Made by a program: the position numbers and the translations under genes
In this document: in pieces, positions 55,492-64,000 of the stretch
Layout of the letters: every line of letters begins with the position of its first letter
Position numbering within the stretch: the first letter of the stretch is position 1
Source of the DNA: Eledone cirrhosa
Taxonomy: Eukaryota
NCBI GenBank assembly: GCA_964016885.1
Contig: OZ024743.1
Coordinates: 231,942,001-232,006,000, forward strand
DNA length: 64,000 bases
Direction: 5' to 3'
Notes under the pieces: generated by a model
The model's input: the letters and a program-made list of their open reading frames with translations, nothing else
Databases searched by the model: none
Told to the model about the DNA's origin: nothing

Positions 55492-55660
55492 GTTATTAAT
55501 GTATGTGTGTGTGTATATGTGTATGTATGTGTGTATGTATATATATATATATATATATTTTTTTTTTTTACTTTTTTTTTAAATTTATTTATTAATTTGT
55601 TTTTTCTCCTCGTGCAATGGCCATACTCGATAACGAGGGGGCAGCCATCATCGTGTATGC
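52470..55660 (+). mobile_element. 5'-truncated RTE-clade LINE (APE-RT-3xC2H2), frameshifted
   Basis: [30 protein letters not shown] (APE); SPGMDG, NYRGISLL, QSGFR, FVDLTKAFDTV, KQGD, YADD, YLGS (RT); ends GGCAGCCATCATC + (ATGT)n. Confidence 0.92.
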
Positions 55661-55677
55661 ATGTATGTTTGTATGTA

Positions 55678-55841
55678 TCTCGGCACTATGCGTCAATAAT
55701 TGACACAAGTGTAGTGTTTGTACCAGTGTTTTCAAGTCGCTGCCTGGACAAAAAAGTCACACTCGTTCAGCGCATCGGTAGGGGTTCTCCTACATGGATA
55801 TAAAGTAGTGGCCGTACTCGAAAACGAGTTGGCAGCCACCA
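55678..55841 (+). mobile_element. 5'-truncated copy of the RTE-tailed non-autonomous element
   Basis: Homologous to ~41165-41324. Confidence 0.8.
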
Positions 55842-55850
55842 TGTATGTAT

Positions 55851-56600
55851 GTAATAAATGGAGAAAGACTGTATATGAGGGAAAAGTTGCCTTTGAGGCA
55901 TCTCGAATCGCATACGAGAAAGTAAAGCGGGATGTGAAGAAGGGCATTGCTGTTGCACTTCCAGACGGCGAGGGTCCTCCTATGGTGCTGACATGCAGCG
56001 TCTGTACGAGACTCTGCCTAAGCAAAGCTGGACTCGAAAGTCATCTTCGCAGTCATAAAGTAAGACCAGTGGTTGACTACCAGGCTGCTGTTGGAGATGC
56101 TACACATCATGCTTGCCAAACATGTGGTAGAGAATGTAAATCCGCAGGAGGGCTCAAGCGACATGCAAAAGTACACGAACACCAACCACAGCCGGCTATT
56201 CCCAGTGAATGTTTTGGTTGCCGACTCTGTGCAAGACATTTCAGATCATTGGCTGGGCTAAAAGGCCACATTCGATCGCAGCGCTGTTAGTTGCTATCGT
56301 GTGTGTGTGTGTATAGATATGTTTATGTGTGCGTGTGTGTGTATATATATATGTATATGTATATTATTACTGTTGTTGTTATCGTTATTATTATTGTTGT
56401 TATTATTATTATTATTATTGTTATTAATGTATATGTGTGTATATATATATATGTGTGTGTATATATGTGTATGTATGTGGGTATATATATATATTTCTTT
56501 TTTTTATTTTATTTTTTATTTATTTATTAATATTTTTTTTCTCCTCGTGCAATGGCCAAACTCGATAACGAGGGGGCAGCCATCATCATGTATGTATGTA
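55851..56600 (+). mobile_element. Second, 5'-truncated copy of the RTE 3' end (3xC2H2 + 3'UTR)
   Basis: Near-identical to 54912-55660. Confidence 0.9.
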
Positions 56601-56843
56601 CGTGTGTACTTTCAAATCGCGCTAAAAACTTCGGAGACAAGAAGATAGAGAGAAAGATACATACCGCATCAAAAATGGAGCTATAATACAGAGACATTTG
56701 GCAATAAAGATCCACTTGTATCGAAATATATATCGAGGGATGGTTGTTGAGTTGCTGACACGGAAATGCTAAGATTTCAATTGTTAGATTTACACTCACA
56801 CACACACGCACACACATACACACAGACATATACACACACATAC

Positions 56844-57759
<916 letters not shown>

Positions 57760-57849
57760 TGTGTGTGTGTGTGTGTTTATGTGTGTGTGTCTATATATAT
57801 ACATATATATATGTATATATGTATATATGTATATATTTTAAATTAAAAT

Positions 57850-60040
<2,191 letters not shown>

Positions 60041-60740
60041 TATATATATATATATATAAACGAAAGAAGCTGTGTGCTTACTAATAACAAGGTTTAGGAT
60101 GGTGGTTAGGACGGAACAGGAGGAGAAAGGAAGAAAGGAGTTTCCATTGTCAGCTGTAAATGTTTCCCGAACCAATGTTTCGGCGCTGAATTACAGGACA
60201 TCGGTGTAGTTCGGGTGCGCCCGAGGTCTTTTATTAATCAAAAGGCCTGGTGGAAAAGGAGAGAGAAAGAGAGAAAAAAAGGGGAGAAAAAACGAGAGAG
60301 AAAAGGAAAGAGAGAGAAAGGAGGAAGAACATGGGGGAAAAAGATGAGGAGAGAGAAAGAAAGGGGAAGGGAAAAGGGGAAAAATAGGAAAGGAATAGGA
60401 GAAAAAAGTGTACAGGTCCCATCGTGGAAAGACACAGGGGAAAGAAACATGCAAAAAAGTGACCGTGGATAAATAGGGAAAGTAAGTTGTGGCCAGCATG
60501 GGAGACTTTACCTTGGTGGTCAATTACGACTCAGAATTGGTATAATCGTGCTGCCTCACATATAAACAGGATAAAGTGAGAGAGACATACGAGCAACCAA
60601 AAGTGAAGAGGAGAATGGAAAGGGAGATAATCCATAAGGGATTTTTATGACGGTTGTAAAAACGTGCCGCAAAGATTGCGGACAGAGAGGCCAGCACGGC
60701 ATGTGTAAACATGTCAACATTCAAAACCGAACGGATGGAT

Positions 60741-60773
<33 letters not shown>

Positions 60774-61020
60774 CCAGAGTGAGGAGGAGAAGGAAAGAGA
60801 GAAGGCAGGGTCGATGCGAAAGTGTGGAGATATATATATATATATTGATAGATAGATATCTTTCTCTGACAGATAGATGGAGAGATATTCCATATATATG
60901 TATATGTATGTGTGTGTTTAACTTTAACTGTATGTGTGTATTAAGGAATATCAATTAAAATACATTCGGTCCGCTACAGTCTGGTTTTATACCTGAACAG
61001 TTCATATACGAAAAGATACG

Positions 61021-61194
61021 TTTGGCACAAGGCCAGCAATTATCCCAGTGCATTACTGGTGCTTCATTTTATCGACGCCATAAGGATGAAAGGCAAAGTT
61101 AACACCGGCGGGATTTGAACTCAGACTGTAAGGGGCGTAACTCTATGCTACAAAGCATGGCGTCCGACCCTCTACTGCTACTGCCAATCCACCG
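61021..61194 (-). mobile_element. tRNA-derived SINE copy
   Basis: Reverse complement of 19117-19291. Confidence 0.85.
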
Positions 61195-61231
61195 CAATAA
61201 TAATTATCATAATACAACTACAACTACTACT

Positions 61232-61296
<65 letters not shown>

Positions 61297-61302
<6 letters not shown>

Positions 61303-62157
61303 AGTACATCTACCAACATACGTGTACAGATGTACACCCATGCTAGCTAATATATATGTTATGTTTTAGTACCTTTGTGGTTCTATGCAGGGGGATGCAG
61401 AACAATTATTTGAAAGACGTAAAATAAGAAAATTTTAAAAATTAAAAATCAACTTACTAAAATTTTCACTCCAACTAATTAGTTTCTGTAAGGGGATAAA
61501 TATAGTTACGTAATATAACTATAGAGAATTCCTTACGTCATCAGGGAGTCTATTCTCAGCTAAGTTCCCAGGCGATGCGCGGACACTAGGAACCCATATA
61601 AAAATAATAATTCAGTGGATGGAATAAAGCTAGCGAGCACTAAATTCCAGAGCACTGAAAAAATTCACTGTCTCTGGTCAGTGGCAGATTCTAAAGAATC
61701 AATCACGTCACACTGAGATTAATCAGTTAGGAGCGGGGTGGTATTATTACAAGAGCCTACTACTACCATGAATCAGCAGTAAATTTTGGCAAGTTTTGCT
61801 CAACAAATAATTTGGAGATAAATATAGAGAATTAGTACATCTACCAACATATGTGTACAGATGTACACCCATGCTAGCACATATATATGTTATGTCTTAG
61901 TACCTTTGTGGTTCTATGCAGGGGGATGCAGAACAATTATATGAAAGACGTAAAATAAGAAAATTTTAAAAATTAAAAATCAACTTACTTACTAACGCCT
62001 GGGAACTTAGCTGAGAATAGACTCCCTGATGACGTAAGGAATTCTCTATAGTTATATTACGTAACTATATTTTTCCCCTTACAGAAACTAATTAGTTGGA
62101 GTGAAAATTTAGTAAGTAAGTTGATTTTTAATTTTTTTAATTTTCTTATTTTACGTC

Positions 62158-62165
<8 letters not shown>
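61297..62165. mobile_element. ~531-bp tandem unit (1.3 copies) plus an inverted partial copy, (TA)n on both sides
   Basis: agtacatctaccaac at 61303 and 61834; 61997-62165 is the reverse complement of ~61410-61575; CTGATGA + stem present but the HHR is incomplete. Confidence 0.75.
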
Positions 62166-63086
<921 letters not shown>

Positions 63087-63095
63087 AATATATAT

Positions 63096-63199
63096 AAGAA
63101 TCGCTGCTTTCACCCTGAACGGGATCTTCTGAAACTCATATATATATATATATATATGAGTTTCAGAAGATCCCGTTAAGGGTGAAAGCAGCGATTCTT
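63096..63199. repeat. Inverted repeat centred on (TA)n
   Basis: aagaatcgctgctttcaccct..ctgaaactca(TA)n tgagtttcag..agggtgaaagcagcgattctt. Confidence 0.9.
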
Positions 63200-63228
63200 T
63201 GCTTAAACTTTAATCTGTTATTTTAATA

Positions 63229-63282
<54 letters not shown>

Positions 63283-63636
63283 GCATACATATGCATAAAT
63301 ACACACATAAATACATACATGCAAACATACACATATAGTGTAAAATACACATATACATATATATATTTATATAAATATATATATACACACAAAATTACAC
63401 ACACTGAGACACATATATAATCATAATCACACCCCAATTTCCTCTACAGACAAAAAGCCATTCAGTTGGAATTATCAATTTATTTAGCCGTTCGTTATTA
63501 TTGAATATAGAGAGCATTCACGTGACAGGATAGTGACGTGTTCCATCGGCACTTGAGATGTTGATGGTAATGATGCTGATGGCGATGTTGATGGTGATGT
63601 TACATTTGCTATTAATTGTAGTTTTACTAGTGGTAA

Positions 63637-63807
63637 TTGTTTCTACTTTTGGCACAAGGCCAGCAATTATCGCAGTACATTACTGGTACTTTCCGTAAGG
63701 ATGAAAGGCAAAGTTAACCTCGGCGAGATTTGAACTATGATTGTAAAGGGCCGTGACTCTATTTTGCAAACATAGTGACCAACCCTCTACCGATACTACC
63801 AATCCAT
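63637..63807 (-). mobile_element. tRNA-derived SINE copy
   Basis: Reverse complement of 19117-19291 with an internal deletion. Confidence 0.8.
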
Positions 63808-64000
63808 CACCACCAACACCACCATAACTAACACCACCACCAACTCCACCATCACAAACACCGCCACCAGCATCATTACCACACCAACACCACCAACACC
63901 ATCACCAGCACCACCAACACCATCACTAACATCATCATCACCACCAACAACACCACCAACACCAACACCACCATCACCAACACCAACAACACCACCAACA
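63808..64000. repeat. (CAC/CAA/CAT)n microsatellite
   Basis: Direct inspection. Confidence 0.95.

Noticed and set aside
63158-63199. CAGAAGA-TCCC..GGGT-GAAA as a hammerhead
   Set aside because: Core U4 is altered in both arms, and no cleavage triplet or helix I pairing is present

Overview
Eukaryotic, microsatellite-rich, essentially gene-free DNA made almost entirely of retroelements. The tRNA-type SINE with a Nin/Deu-like core and the (TA)n density suggest an octopod cephalopod (inference). (1) 1-18.6 kb is a same-orientation, head-to-tail stack of Tx1/L1-clade LINEs (three full-length, two 3' fragments) joined by microsatellite tails. All three ORF1 stops overlap a GT splice donor whose use would fuse ORF1 to ORF2 in frame. 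(2) 19-64 kb holds a near-complete Naiad-type Penelope-like element (RT + GIY-YIG) with hammerhead ribozymes (HHRs) in its pseudo-LTRs, a second PLE remnant, and an RTE LINE ending in three C2H2 fingers together with a partner non-autonomous element. It also holds many small (TA)n-anchored non-coding elements carrying type I HHRs. (3) The most striking object is a 4.6-kb array (47.3-51.9 kb) of near-identical 466-bp units, 6 in one orientation and about 3.8 inverted. Each unit carries a minimal type I HHR, and complete units carry an octamer motif, so this is a retrozyme-like, putative circRNA-producing array. Most short ORFs in the track are microsatellite artefacts. Ribozyme calls were made by manual base-pairing and boundaries are approximate.
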